Positions 44,137-55,856 of a DNA stretch of 64,000 bases are shown in pieces; positions within the stretch are counted from its first letter, which is position 1; each line of letters starts with the position of its first letter. Made by a program: the position numbers and the translations under genes. Origin of the DNA: Eledone cirrhosa. Lineage: Eukaryota. The stretch lies in the NCBI GenBank assembly GCA_964016885.1, contig OZ024742.1, positions 224,626,001-224,690,000 on the forward strand, given 5' to 3'. A model generated the notes under the pieces. It was not told the DNA's origin. It was given only the letters and a program-made list of their open reading frames with translations, and did no database searches.

Positions 44137-46058
44137 CAGGAGGTTTTTGTCATTCAGTATGAAGACATGGAAAACGACACTCCTTTTGAATAGTGAAACA
44201 AAATCACTGGAAGCTGGAGAAGTTAATATTAATTGTGGAATTTTTCAGGGTGACTCTTTAATACCGCTTTTATTCTGCATCGCACTTATACCATTAAGTA
44301 AAATGCTCAATGAAACAAAACATGGATATAAAGTCTATGACAAAACCATTAATCACTTGTTCTACATGGATGACCTGAAACTATTTGCAAAAAACGATGA
44401 ACAATTGCAAGGGCTATTATCCACTGTGGAGCAGTTCAGTGATGACATTAAAATGGAGTTTGGACTAGATAAATGCGCCAAAGCAACGTTCACCAGAGGA
44501 AAGCTGCTGAAAAGTTCAGACATTAATCTTGATCGGGGGAATGTGATAAGAGAACTTGATCAAGAGGAAACTTACAAATATCTAGGTGTTTGTGAAGGAG
44601 ACGGAATCAAGCACTCGACAATGAGGGAAAGGATAAGGAAGGAATGTTACCGCAGAGTAAGAGCAATCTTAAGAACGGAATTGAATGCAAGGAATAGGAT
44701 CGATGCCATAAACACGCTTGCCATACCAGTAGTAACCTACAGTTACAATGTCATCAACTGGTCAAGCACAGAGATCTGTAGGCTCGATACAAAAATTCGA
44801 AAATTCTTAACCATGCACAGAATGCATCACCCTAAGACAGATACAGATAGAATATATCTCCCTAGGAAAGAAGGACGACGTGGGTTAATCCAGTTAGACA
44901 TTGCGTTGAAAACTGCAACAATTGGATTATCTACATATCTAAGGGAATCACATGATTGGATGATCAAACTCGTTTTGAAACACGAAAGCATCAAAAGATC
45001 ATAATCCATTACAAAAGATGCACAAAGATACAGTAATGGACTACAAATTTCAGAAGTCCCATTTACTGCTGAAATGGAAAACACAGAAAAATCAAAGCAG
45101 GTAAAAGTAACTGCAAAGAAAGAACTGCTACATAAACTGGCTAAGAAATAGCAAGAAAAGCCTCTGTATGGAAAATACCCAGAACGAGCTAACAATCCTG
45201 ATATTGACAAAACTTTAACCCATCAGTGGTTGGCATCCTCTGGACTGAAATCGGAGACTGAAGGTCTGATTATATCAGCACAAGATCAGTGTCTGCCAAC
45301 AAAAAATTACCAAGCCAACATAATAAAAAATGGATGCAGCCCATTATGCCGTGTATGTAAAAAACAACCAGAGACCATCGACCATATAATTTCAATGTGC
45401 AGTCCTATAGCTCCAACCGAATACCTAAACAGGCATGACAGAGCTGCACAATACATACATTGGATAATGTGTAAGCATTTTGACCTGCCCCCATCAAAAG
45501 AATTGGTGGGAGCATCAACCACCTCCCATACTTGAAAAAGATCACATCTCAATCTTGTGGAACTTTAGCATCCAAACAGACCGAAAAATAGATGCAAATA
45601 AACCTGATATAATACTGAAGGACTTTAAAAAGAGGGTATGCCTGCTAATTGATATGTCCGTTCCAATAGACAAGAATGTATCTATAAAAACATTTGAAAA
45701 ATTGAGCAAGTATAAGGACCTGAAGATAGAAATTGGAAAAATGTGGAAATTGAGAACTAAAACAATACCAGTGGTTGTAGGCGCTCTAGGAATGATACCT
45801 AAGGGGTCTAATGATTACTTATCACAAATCCCAGGAAACCCGCGTATAGGAGAAATACAAAAGATAGTACTAATGGGAACTGCCCATATACTAAGGAAGA
45901 TTCTGTCAATATAAGTACATCATAAGTCTAAACACCTAAAGATGCATGTGTGAGTATGTATGTTCTTTCTTGAACATGGCGGACCTTGTTGTCTCTTGAG
46001 GTCACTGGTTGTGACTTGGTGATAACTCGTATGAACATAAAGCAAGATAAATGCAGCT

Positions 46059-46060
<2 letters not shown>
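44137..46060 (+). pseudogene. R4/Dong-type family A copy with RT, CCHC and RLE, disabled
   Basis: GIFQGDSL, HLFYMDDLKL, FGLDKCA and YKYLG RT motifs; stops at ~45002 and ~45149; one extra C at ~45490 relative to the 43361 copy. Confidence 0.9.
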
Positions 46061-46117
<57 letters not shown>

Positions 46118-46118
<1 letters not shown>

Positions 46119-47034
46119 TGCTCAGAGCTGTACTGAAGGAGGGGACAGTAGGCCAGGGGATACCCAAGGAGGAAATAACATCAAGGAGGAAGAGCAGCCT
46201 TAAGGGAAAATCCCTTCATAGTACCTTCTTTGAGAAAACTGAATTTAGAGATCCACAGACATGGAACTGGTTGAGAAGAGGAGACCCCAAAAAGGCTACA
46301 GAAGGAATGCTAATGGCTGCGCAGGAGCAGGCCCGCAAAACGAAGTGGTTGAAGCACCATATCTACAAGGAGGAGGCTAGCCCACTGTGCAGGATCTGTG
46401 GAGAGAGAGAGGAGACTGTGGCTCACATTGTGTCCGAGTGTAAACACCTAGCCCAGACCCACTATAAGGGCTGGAGACACGATGTGATGGGCAGGGTGAT
46501 CCACTGGCACCTGTGCAAAGTAAACAATCTACCACATTCTGAGAAATGGTATGAGCATAGGCCAGAGGCGGTGATGGAGAACAGTCAGGTGAAGGTGCTG
46601 TGGGATTTTAGGATACAGACGGACAAAAAACTGGAACACAATAGACCTGACCTGGTGGTTGTGGACAAAGAAAAAAGATCGTGCCTGATTGTGGATGTGG
46701 CCTGCCCGTTCGACACGAGAGTGCAAGAGAAGGAGAGGGAGAAAATTAACCGATACCAGGACCTAAAGTGGGAGGTGAAAAGGATTTGGAACTGCCATGA
46801 AGTCAAAGTGATCCCGATTGTCATAGGCGCACTGGGGACTATCTCCAAAGGTTTCCAGGGATGGTTAAAGAAAATCGGCCCCTTCACGCTTTTTGGAACG
46901 CTTCAAAAGGCATGCTTGCTTGGAACGGCAAGAACCCTCCGATACGTCCTGAATATCTGAGGCTGCAGGTAGTGGCTTGATATTCAATCCAACGGACTTT
47001 CCAGTTAACCAACATCAATGACTGAGATTCAAGG
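46118..47034 (+). mobile_element. R4/Dong-type RLE retrotransposon, family B, 5'-truncated
   Basis: AAQEQA, CRICGEREETVAHIVSEC, RHD, RPDLVVVD..IVDVACP...EKINRYQDL; stop at 46960; (AAT)n flanks. Confidence 0.9.
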
Positions 47035-47046
47035 AATAACAATAAC

Positions 47047-47090
<44 letters not shown>

Positions 47091-47350
47091 TTTCTTTATT
47101 AACCACAAGGGTTTACATAAAGTAGACATTAAGGACAGTGCAGGACAATGCAGGACGGTACAAATGGGCATTTCTGCGTGTAAAAAAACAAAAACAGAGG
47201 ATGTAACAAAAATAACAATGAAAATAACAATGAAAAATTCCCCAATAGGGGGGAGACTTCGGAGGGACATTTGTGGAGAAAGCCCAGTAAAAAGCCACAA
47301 TGACCCTGACCACCAAGGCAAGTGCCCTCTCCCAGTTTTCCACCTTTAGT

Positions 47351-50300
47351 TTACAGATATATACTCAGAGTCGACCCATTCACTCGGGCCATTCTTGCTT
47401 CTCTCACCCATCTTTCAACAAAATGCTGGGAAGAGAGCACTTCCTTCTCTACTCTGATTTTCCTTTTCAAATGAAATTTGAAAAAGTCAATCAGAGCATC
47501 ACCGAAGAGGTAAGTGCTCGTCTTCAGCCCTTTCAAACGTGTCCACCATACTATCTCTTTCGCCATGGCCACCAGACAGATAAAAACTGCCTGCCCTTCC
47601 CGGCTAAAGGAGGAGGGCGGGGCAATCCTCACGATAGACTCAGATGATAGCTGGATCCGTCCTAAACGCGACAGCAGGTGTTCGACATAAACCCACAAGT
47701 CAGCAATTTTCGGACACTGGACGAGTGCGTGCAGGACGGTTTCGTCGCCCTGCGCGCATCTCGGACATGCCCGGCTGACGGCACCTCCATGCCTGTAGAG
47801 TTTATCCCGAACTGGCAAGGCTCCTCGGTAGCACTGCCAGGCCAGAGATTTCTGGAAGTTGTCCATAGGCCCTGGCCCGAAAGTTCTTCCGAAGAGATTG
47901 GCTAGTTGATTTTCGTCGACGCCTAGAGTTTCCCCAAGTACGTCGTCGCTCTTCCCCTCCACTAATCCTCTATAGAACGCCGAGGTGGAGTTTCCACCGA
48001 TCACATTGCCCGATTGGTCGAGGGCTGTGAGCGCCTGAAGACATTCCAGTCTCCAGGCGCTCCCTCTCGGTCTTCGCTTGACCCAGGACTGCAGCTCCGT
48101 CAAGGAAACGAGCTGGGGAAAAACGCGTCTAGCAAACGGCGACCACACCTGATCACCGTCGAGGAAGAGGTGGAGATGTCGTAGCCTGAGCGCGTGCCTG
48201 CGCATCATCAGCCACGGCATGCCCAGCCCTCCACGTAGCGGGTGTTGACAACAGATGGACCGCCTGACCATCGGAGCACGTCCCTTCCACAAAAAGCGAA
48301 AGAGCAAACGCTCCAGCGCAGTCAGGCGAGGCTTAGGACAAGGTACGACGGTTAGGCGGTAGCAGATGACAGACGCGATGTACGCGTTAGCCACCTCCGC
48401 TCGACCTTTCAGGGATAGCTTCCTCTCCGCCCATTTCTGGGTGAGAGAAGCCACCCTGCTCGTCACCTCGTCCCAGTTTTTGTCCGTCTGGAGGTCCGGA
48501 CCGAACCAGACCCCTAGCAATTTAACCGGTCCGTCCGTCCAGCGCCCGACGACGCTGTTGGACGGCATGGACCTGCCTCTCCAGGTGCCGAGCTGCAGGC
48601 CCACTGACTTTTCCTGGTTGATCATTGCTCCTGTCACCGCTTCGTATTCTCTTAGTGTAGTGCCGATCGCCTCGATGTGTTTGGCGTTCGACACCACTAC
48701 GGTGACATCGTCCGCATATGCTGACACGGATCTTCCGCATCCTAGTTCGCGCGGGACTCCCCTCAACGTCTCCAGTTTGTGCAGTAATGGCTCGAGAGTC
48801 AATACGTACAAGAGGGACGAGAGGGGACATCCTTGGCGGACCGAGCGCATGATGTTGAACGGTTCCGACAGGTGACCGTTCACTCTCACCACAGAGCAGA
48901 TGTCGCTGTGCATGGCAGCGATCCAGCCTCTGAAGACGGGCCCAAAGCCAGCCGCCCTCAGGACTGCCGCTAGGTAACGATGGTCGACCCTATCGAAAGC
49001 TTTCGACTGATCTAAATTGATCAAGGACCCACCCGTGCCAGGTTCCCTAGCTACCCTCTCTACGATGTATCGCATGAGGTGGAGGTTGTCGTGGATGGAT
49101 CTGTCGGGAATGGCGCATGTCTGCGCCTCTCCCACCAGACCACCAACGACAAGCGCCAACCTCTTTGCTAGCACCTTGGCCAAAATCTTAAACTCTGTGT
49201 TTAGCAGAGTTATGGGCCGGAAATTGTCTATGTTATCCCCCTTGTTCGGATCCTTTCTCAGCAGTGCCACCGCTCCTCGGCTCACAGAACTGGGAATTCT
49301 CCCGTTCTGTTGCCAGTTGCAGTAGACGTCCGCCAAGAGGCCTCCGAACAAGTCTGGCATCTGTACGTAAAGTTCATAGGGCAGACCATCCAAACCAGGC
49401 GATTTACCCCTTGTGCAGCCAGTCATTGCCTCCCGTACTTCAGCGGCTGTTATCGGCTTTTCGCAACACCTCGCCTCAGTGGCCGAGAGCCGCGGCAGTC
49501 CGTCGAGGTAGACACTAAAGTCCATCCCTCTACCCGGCCCCCCGCTGCCCCCGAACAGCTGAGCGAAGTGTCGCTGAAAAGCTTCACACATTTGCCCGGG
49601 ATCGAGTAGCATGCGCCCGTCGTGGTCCACCAAAGACCGGATCGTGGCTTTGTTGCCACGACGCGCCTCCGCCACTCGGGCCCATTGAACGGCTTTCGTC
49701 CCCTCGTGTCTGAGAGCACGCACCCTAGCTCTGACAACGCAGCCTTCGTGCTTTGCATTGAAGAATTGGTCAAGGGCCAATTTCGCCGCAAGCACGTCGG
49801 TCGCAATGCCTTTGCTAAGCGCCTCGTCTAATTTTCTAACTAGTTCTCCCTCTGCTCTATTTTTCTCTATTGCTAAAGCCTTACTAAACCTAATCGATTC
49901 TATTCTAATCGCTCTTTTCAGAGCAAACCACCACTTGTTGTTGACGATGGCCCCCGTCAACGCCCGCTTAACTAGTTCGCTAATCCGGTCTCTGTAGGCC
50001 TTGCGCGCTGGTAAGGACGCGTTTAGCTTCCAGTAGCCGGGTCCTCGTCTATGAAGCCTATCTAAGTCAAGCACACAGGTCACGAATTTGTGGTCCGTGT
50101 AGCTGACTATCTTGAATTGTGGACAGCCTATGCTAGACCTATCTATTTCCCTACAAAATACTCTATCTAGATATGATCTGGATGACCCTATGCGGTTTGT
50201 CCAAGTCCACATTGGCACATTCGGGAAATCCAATCGGTACCTGTCAGACAGTTCAAAACGCCTGAGCAGGTTGGTGAGGCTCTTGCACCCTCCACCCCTA

Positions 50301-50770
50301 TCCGCTAATCCCACACAGTCCCAGCGTGCATCTAAGATCCCGTTCCAGTCGCCCACTAACACTAAAGAGCGGGACGTTCCAAGAAAGGTCTCCAGACGCC
50401 GGAAGAAATCAGGCCGCCCTGCTCCTGTCGGGGCATAGACGGCCACTAGCCTGAAAGCTTTCCCGTCTCCGCTGGTCACGTCCAGCACCACCAGCTTACC
50501 CTCTGGGTCCAGGAAGATGGCCCGTATGGCGAGATCCAAACCTCTCCGAAAAAGCACAGCAACTCCTCCACCCGATCCAGGACGGCTGGGAGATGCGTAC
50601 ACATCGTAGCCGCCGAAGATCGGTGCGAAGGCCCGTGCTTCGGAGATTCTGGTCTCGCTGATGGCCACTACATCTATGTTTAGTGACCTGAGGTCGTTGA
50701 GCAGGTGACCCTGCTTCCATGACGACCCCAAGCCACGCGCATTTATGCTGCCTATTCTGAGTGAGGTCAT
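47351..50770 (-). CDS. LINE ORF2: APE endonuclease, reverse transcriptase and C-terminal zinc finger (1139 aa, open)
   Basis: APE: SINARGL, ISET, VGDWN, YLDR, TDH. RT: FRPITLLN, LDQSKAFDRVDH, VRQGCPLS, AYADD. Zinc finger: CPRC..GDETVLHALVQC. Confidence 0.95.
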   Translation of the reverse strand: MTSLRIGSINARGLGSSWKQGHLLNDLRSLNIDVVAISETRISEARAFAPIFGGYDVYASPSRPGSGGGVAVLFRRGLDLAIRAIFLDPEGKLVVLDVTSGDGKAFRLVAVYAPTGAGRPDFFRRLETFLGTSRSLVLVGDWNGILDARWDCVGLADRGGGCKSLTNLLRRFELSDRYRLDFPNVPMWTWTNRIGSSRSYLDRVFCREIDRSSIGCPQFKIVSYTDHKFVTCVLDLDRLHRRGPGYWKLNASLPARKAYRDRISELVKRALTGAIVNNKWWFALKRAIRIESIRFSKALAIEKNRAEGELVRKLDEALSKGIATDVLAAKLALDQFFNAKHEGCVVRARVRALRHEGTKAVQWARVAEARRGNKATIRSLVDHDGRMLLDPGQMCEAFQRHFAQLFGGSGGPGRGMDFSVYLDGLPRLSATEARCCEKPITAAEVREAMTGCTRGKSPGLDGLPYELYVQMPDLFGGLLADVYCNWQQNGRIPSSVSRGAVALLRKDPNKGDNIDNFRPITLLNTEFKILAKVLAKRLALVVGGLVGEAQTCAIPDRSIHDNLHLMRYIVERVAREPGTGGSLINLDQSKAFDRVDHRYLAAVLRAAGFGPVFRGWIAAMHSDICSVVRVNGHLSEPFNIMRSVRQGCPLSSLLYVLTLEPLLHKLETLRGVPRELGCGRSVSAYADDVTVVVSNAKHIEAIGTTLREYEAVTGAMINQEKSVGLQLGTWRGRSMPSNSVVGRWTDGPVKLLGVWFGPDLQTDKNWDEVTSRVASLTQKWAERKLSLKGRAEVANAYIASVICYRLTVVPCPKPRLTALERLLFRFLWKGRAPMVRRSICCQHPLRGGLGMPWLMMRRHALRLRHLHLFLDGDQVWSPFARRVFPQLVSLTELQSWVKRRPRGSAWRLECLQALTALDQSGNVIGGNSTSAFYRGLVEGKSDDVLGETLGVDENQLANLFGRTFGPGPMDNFQKSLAWQCYRGALPVRDKLYRHGGAVSRACPRCAQGDETVLHALVQCPKIADLWVYVEHLLSRLGRIQLSSESIVRIAPPSSFSREGQAVFICLVAMAKEIVWWTRLKGLKTSTYLFGDALIDFFKFHLKRKIRVEKEVLSSQHFVERWVREARMARVNGSTLSIYL

Positions 50771-50805
50771 GTTTAAAATAGAGTGGAAAAGATGGGAAAG
50801 ACCAC

Positions 50806-52902
50806 TTACCGTACTTTTGGTAGAGGAGGGATGGTTTTTACATCCCTTTTCACTTGATCGTCTGGTGAAGGGACCGTTGAATCGTCCCTTCGGCTGGTCG
50901 TCGGCTCTTCTAAGAGAATGTCTGAATATACTCTTCGATTGATGGTTCCTCCTAGGTCCCTGAAATCACCAACTGCGTTGGGGAATTTCGTTTTAATGTT
51001 TGTGTATTGTTTCTGTGCTATTTTTAGCAGTCTTATGTTAGTTGGCGTTTTGATTGGTGCTGGTATTATGTAGTCCTGTTGTGAAATGTCTGTGTGTTCA
51101 ATTATGTAAGTCATTAGTTTCTTGTTGTGTGTGTTTATTGCCGTGCATTTGTTTTTCTGGGGGTGGGGTGTGGTTCTGCTATTTTCTTGTCGTTGTTGCT
51201 GGGTGTGTGTGTTTTGTTGTTGTGTTTGCGATGTTGGTGCTTGTGGTGGTGGTGTTGAAGGTGTTGTTGGCGGTGGGGTTGTCGCCGGTGGTGATGGTGG
51301 TGCTGGTCTGGGTGGTGATGGTGTTGGTGGTGTTGCTGCTGTGGGTCTCTTTGCAGTAGACTTTACCCTTTTCTCATTTCTTTCCTCCCTTTTCAAAGGC
51401 GACGATGCGCTGCTTCTGCGTTTGTGCCTTCTTGCGACCTTTTGCCATCCCTCTCCCACCTCACACTCCATGTCTGATTCTGTAAGGTCGGGGAGGGGTA
51501 CCAGCTCCACTCTTTCACTTGTTGTTGTTGGTGATGTTTGCACTGGAGTCTCTGTTGCAGCTGCATTTGGTATTGCTGTTGTTGTTGTTAATATTTCCAC
51601 TGCTGCTGCTGTCTTTGATTTCCGTGGAGTGGGTATGGGTGCCACGGACCTATCGTTCCTGGTTGCCGCTTGTCCTGTTGCTGGTAGCCGTGGAGCCGGA
51701 TTCGGAAGGAGGGGGGTTTTCTCCTTTCTCAGGGTCTTCTCGTTGCAGAAGGCCCTGAGGTGAGTCTTCGATCCACAGCGAAAGCATTTCGGGCGTTTGC
51801 CCTCAACACTTATGGGCAGTTGAGTGCCGTTATCGAAGTCTATCACATCCGGGATAGCTTCGATGCACTCCTGGTTGGTTTGGATTAGCATCTCAATGGA
51901 GGAGCCGACCCAATCTTCTCTTACTTTTTTCTGTACTTGCAGTACAGTTGTTTTGTCCTCGATTCCGACGAGGACAGACGCGGCCAGCCAAGAAGGGGTC
52001 ATTCCGGGGGGGACGTGGGTCAGTTTGACCCTCACAATTTTTTGCCCGCAGTAGGAGGGCACCAACACCATTTCCTCGCTCCTTAGGGTCACTACTGATT
52101 GGGCCTTTGCCTCCTGGGGTGTGGCAAAAAGTACGTCTACGGTGGCGTATTTTTTGCCTCGGGTGATGTGCGTTTTCCTCTGCCACACAGACCCCAAGGC
52201 TTTTTGTATTTGGGCCTCTGTGGCTCTTTCCACCCTACGGGATTTTGTACTTACTGTACGGTACGTGACCGTACAGTGCTCTTGGGTTTCGAAAAAATTT
52301 TTCGCTGCCTTGCAGATTGCTCGGTGTCCGTTCTTTGTCACCATCTTCTTCGCTTCCTCTAATTCCTCATTTGTTATGAGGATTGTTTCCAAGTTTTTCG
52401 CAATACCTGCAAATGAGATTGGTTTTTCTCTGCTGTTGTTGTTGTCGTCAGAGCTGCTGGTACTTTTGTTGTTGCTGCAGGTACTACGACTACTGCCTCC
52501 GCCGCTGTTGCTGTGGTTGTTGTTGGTGTTGCTGCTGCTAATGCTGTTGTTGTTTATGCTGCTGGTGATGCTGTTGCGGCTGCTACTGTTGTTTTCATTG
52601 TCACTGTTGCTGTTGTTATTACGGCTGCTACTGCTATTATTCCTGACGTCAGACGAATGAACTGGGTTTTCGTATTTCCCGCACACCTGTTTCGTCGCTG
52701 TCGTCGTCGTCGTGGAGAAACCTTGCACGCTTTGCACGAGACTTTTCTTTTCTTTCGTCGCTTGCGAAAGAGAAGGGAGGGAGAGAGACACATTTAAAGA
52801 AGGGAGGGAGAGAGACAATCTTCTCTCTGCTGTAGTGATGATTGAGGAAGAAGAAGACGGAATGAGTGGGAGTGACGTATGAAATTTCTTTTTCGTAGCC
52901 AT
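50806..52902 (-). CDS. LINE ORF1, gag-like nucleic-acid-binding protein (698 aa from first ATG)
   Basis: Zinc knuckle CFRCGSKTHLRAFC, an SFAGIAK motif, a Ser/Asn-rich N-terminus and a Pro/Thr-rich region; ATG at 52902. Confidence 0.85.
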   Translation of the reverse strand: MATKKKFHTSLPLIPSSSSSIITTAERRLSLSLPSLNVSLSLPSLSQATKEKKSLVQSVQGFSTTTTTATKQVCGKYENPVHSSDVRNNSSSSRNNNSNSDNENNSSSRNSITSSINNNSISSSNTNNNHSNSGGGSSRSTCSNNKSTSSSDDNNNSREKPISFAGIAKNLETILITNEELEEAKKMVTKNGHRAICKAAKNFFETQEHCTVTYRTVSTKSRRVERATEAQIQKALGSVWQRKTHITRGKKYATVDVLFATPQEAKAQSVVTLRSEEMVLVPSYCGQKIVRVKLTHVPPGMTPSWLAASVLVGIEDKTTVLQVQKKVREDWVGSSIEMLIQTNQECIEAIPDVIDFDNGTQLPISVEGKRPKCFRCGSKTHLRAFCNEKTLRKEKTPLLPNPAPRLPATGQAATRNDRSVAPIPTPRKSKTAAAVEILTTTTAIPNAAATETPVQTSPTTTSERVELVPLPDLTESDMECEVGEGWQKVARRHKRRSSASSPLKREERNEKRVKSTAKRPTAATPPTPSPPRPAPPSPPATTPPPTTPSTPPPQAPTSQTQQQNTHTQQQRQENSRTTPHPQKNKCTAINTHNKKLMTYIIEHTDISQQDYIIPAPIKTPTNIRLLKIAQKQYTNIKTKFPNAVGDFRDLGGTINRRVYSDILLEEPTTSRRDDSTVPSPDDQVKRDVKTIPPLPKVR

Positions 52903-53142
52903 GTTTTTTTTGTTTAAAATGAAATTTTGGGTACAAAACCCCAATAACTGGTTATTTAACCCCGAAGGGCCAAATAACGGACAGAAAGACCCCTCTCACG
53001 AGGAGGAGGGTGTCTTTATCAACAATTTGGTTCAAGTTTTAAACAATTTACAATTGTTTTAACGGTTAAAAATTACTATACCTTACAGAGCCGAGCCTCC
53101 GTCAACCATGGCATTCAATAATAATAATAATAATAATAATAA

Positions 53143-53331
53143 AAGTTTCCAAGGATGGTTAAAGAAAATTGGCCCCGCCCCGCTTTTTGGAACACTTCAA
53201 AAGGCATGCTTGCTGGGAACAGCAAGAACCCTCCGATACGTCCTGAATATCTGAGGCTGCAGGTAGTGGCTTGATATTCATTTCAACAAACTTTCCAGTT
53301 AACTAACATCAATGATTGAGACTCAAAGAAC
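53143..53331 (+). mobile_element. R4/Dong family B 3' fragment
   Basis: FQGWLKKIGP..LFGTLQKACLLGTARTLRYVLNI* plus 3'UTR and AAT tail. Confidence 0.88.
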
Positions 53332-53968
53332 AATAATAATATTAATTATAATTGTTTCTACTTTTGGCACAAGGCCAGCAATCACCCAGTGCATTACTGG
53401 TTAACAATATTAATAAATGGAAAATATCTTTATAATACCATATTTTGAATGATAATCAACATGCCGTATAACTCATTGTTTTATACATATATATGATATA
53501 TAGTTTAGGGATTGCAACGTCAAGTTACTGTAGGTTCACCAGAGTGAGCACTTGATGCGTAGTCTCCTGTGGGTATATAGGTGTTGTACTAAGCAGGGTG
53601 TAATCATTTTTTCTACTTTTGGCACAAGGCCAGCAATTATCTCAGTGTATTACTGGTACTTTATTTTATCAATAATAATAAAAGTACGAAGTGTTAAATC
53701 TTCAATACATTCATTGAGGTGTGACGCGCGTTTCGCGATTGATCAGCACATTGTTCGATCTGTATCGATCGGGTCAGACTCTGGAATCAAAAGCTGGTCG
53801 AGCTTCTGTTATGTCACTACCATAACAGAAGTCCGACGAGCTTTTGATTCCAGAGTCGAGCCCGATCGATACATATCGAACCTTCAGTTGATAAATCGCG
53901 AAAGACGCGCGTCACACCTCAATGAATGTATTGAAGATTTAACACCTCGTTGTTTTTATTATATATAT

Positions 53969-54066
<98 letters not shown>

Positions 54067-54124
54067 CGAAACACGCGCGTCACACCTCAATGAATGTATT
54101 GAAGATTTAACACCTCGTTCTTTT

Positions 54125-54172
<48 letters not shown>

Positions 54173-54173
54173 C

Positions 54174-54355
<182 letters not shown>

Positions 54356-54513
54356 TATATATATGTTTATATATATACATATATATGTAATATATATGCA
54401 TACATTATATATATATACATATAATGTATGTGTATATATATTATATATATATATGTATATATATATGTGTGTGTGAGTGTGTGTGTGTGCGTATATATAT
54501 ATATATATATACG

Positions 54514-54573
<60 letters not shown>

Positions 54574-54584
54574 ATATATATACA

Positions 54585-54632
<48 letters not shown>

Positions 54633-55610
54633 AAAAGAACGAGGTATTAAATCTTCAATACATTCATTGAGGTGTGAAGCGCGTGTTTCGCGATATATAT
54701 ATATATATACACACATACCTATATATATCTACCTACATACATACATACCTACATACATACATACATACATACATACATACATACATACACGTAACATCAC
54801 AATATCCTGCAAATTCAAATTTAAAATTTTCCTATTTAGACATCTTCAACTATATTTTGTCTAGACATATAAAGTCTACTGCTTCTTCTGTGAAGTATGT
54901 TCAGTTCACCATCGTAGTGTCGTGTGTTCGATACACGGTGATGCGTTGTGTCCTTGGATAAACCACTGTATTTCACATCGCTTCAGTCCGCCCACTAGGG
55001 AGGGGTGGAACAATGTATCAAGTCAGTTTCGACATACACTGCGTTACGCTAAATCTCCCTGAGAACTACGTTAAAGATACTAAGTTCTGAGTCTGATGCA
55101 CGTTGATATCAAGAGCGGGCTACTCTGTTCGAATTAACTGGTACACTCGTCGTCGAAACCGACGAAGGTCCAATACTTTTTTGTTTATTCATGAGATAAA
55201 CGTTCAAGTGCGTCCCGTTGGATCTCATCGAGAACTACGTTACGTGTATATTTGTCTGTGGAATGCTCAGACACTTGCATGTTAAATGTCATGAGCATGC
55301 TTGTTGTTCCATTGATTGGATCAACTGGAAGACTCTTCATTGAAATCGACGGAGATCCAAACCATGTTTTAGAAATATATGCGTGGGTTATGGGTAAATA
55401 ATGTGATGGATGGTATATATGTATATGTGTGTGTGTGGGGGGGGGGGTATGTGTGTGTGTGTGTGTGTGCGCGTGTGTTTGTACATGCGTGCGTGCGAGT
55501 GAGTGCATGTGAGTACATGCGTGTATTTGTGCATGCGTGCGTGTGTGCGTGTGTGGCGATGTATATATATACATATATATTATGAATGTATATATATATA
55601 TATATTGTGA

Positions 55611-55649
<39 letters not shown>

Positions 55650-55678
55650 GAATGTGTATATATATATATATATTGTGA

Positions 55679-55736
<58 letters not shown>

Positions 55737-55770
55737 CATATATATATATAAATATACATTCATATATACG

Positions 55771-55817
<47 letters not shown>

Positions 55818-55822
55818 GAATG

Positions 55823-55856
<34 letters not shown>

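Larger units (their letters stand above)
47089..53116 (-). mobile_element. Full-length Tx1/L1-clade LINE (~6.03 kb) inserted in (AAT)n
   Basis: 5'UTR, ORF1, 35-nt spacer, ORF2, then 3'UTR with AATAAA and an (ATT)n tail; both ends abut the microsatellite. Confidence 0.93.

Noticed and set aside
47678-52797. Plus-strand and alternate-frame ORFs over the LINE
   Set aside because: These are shadow ORFs of ORF1 and ORF2.
52903-52944. ORF1 N-terminal extension in the ORF track
   Set aside because: It uses a non-ATG start; the first ATG is at 52902 and the extension overlaps 5'UTR hairpin sequence.
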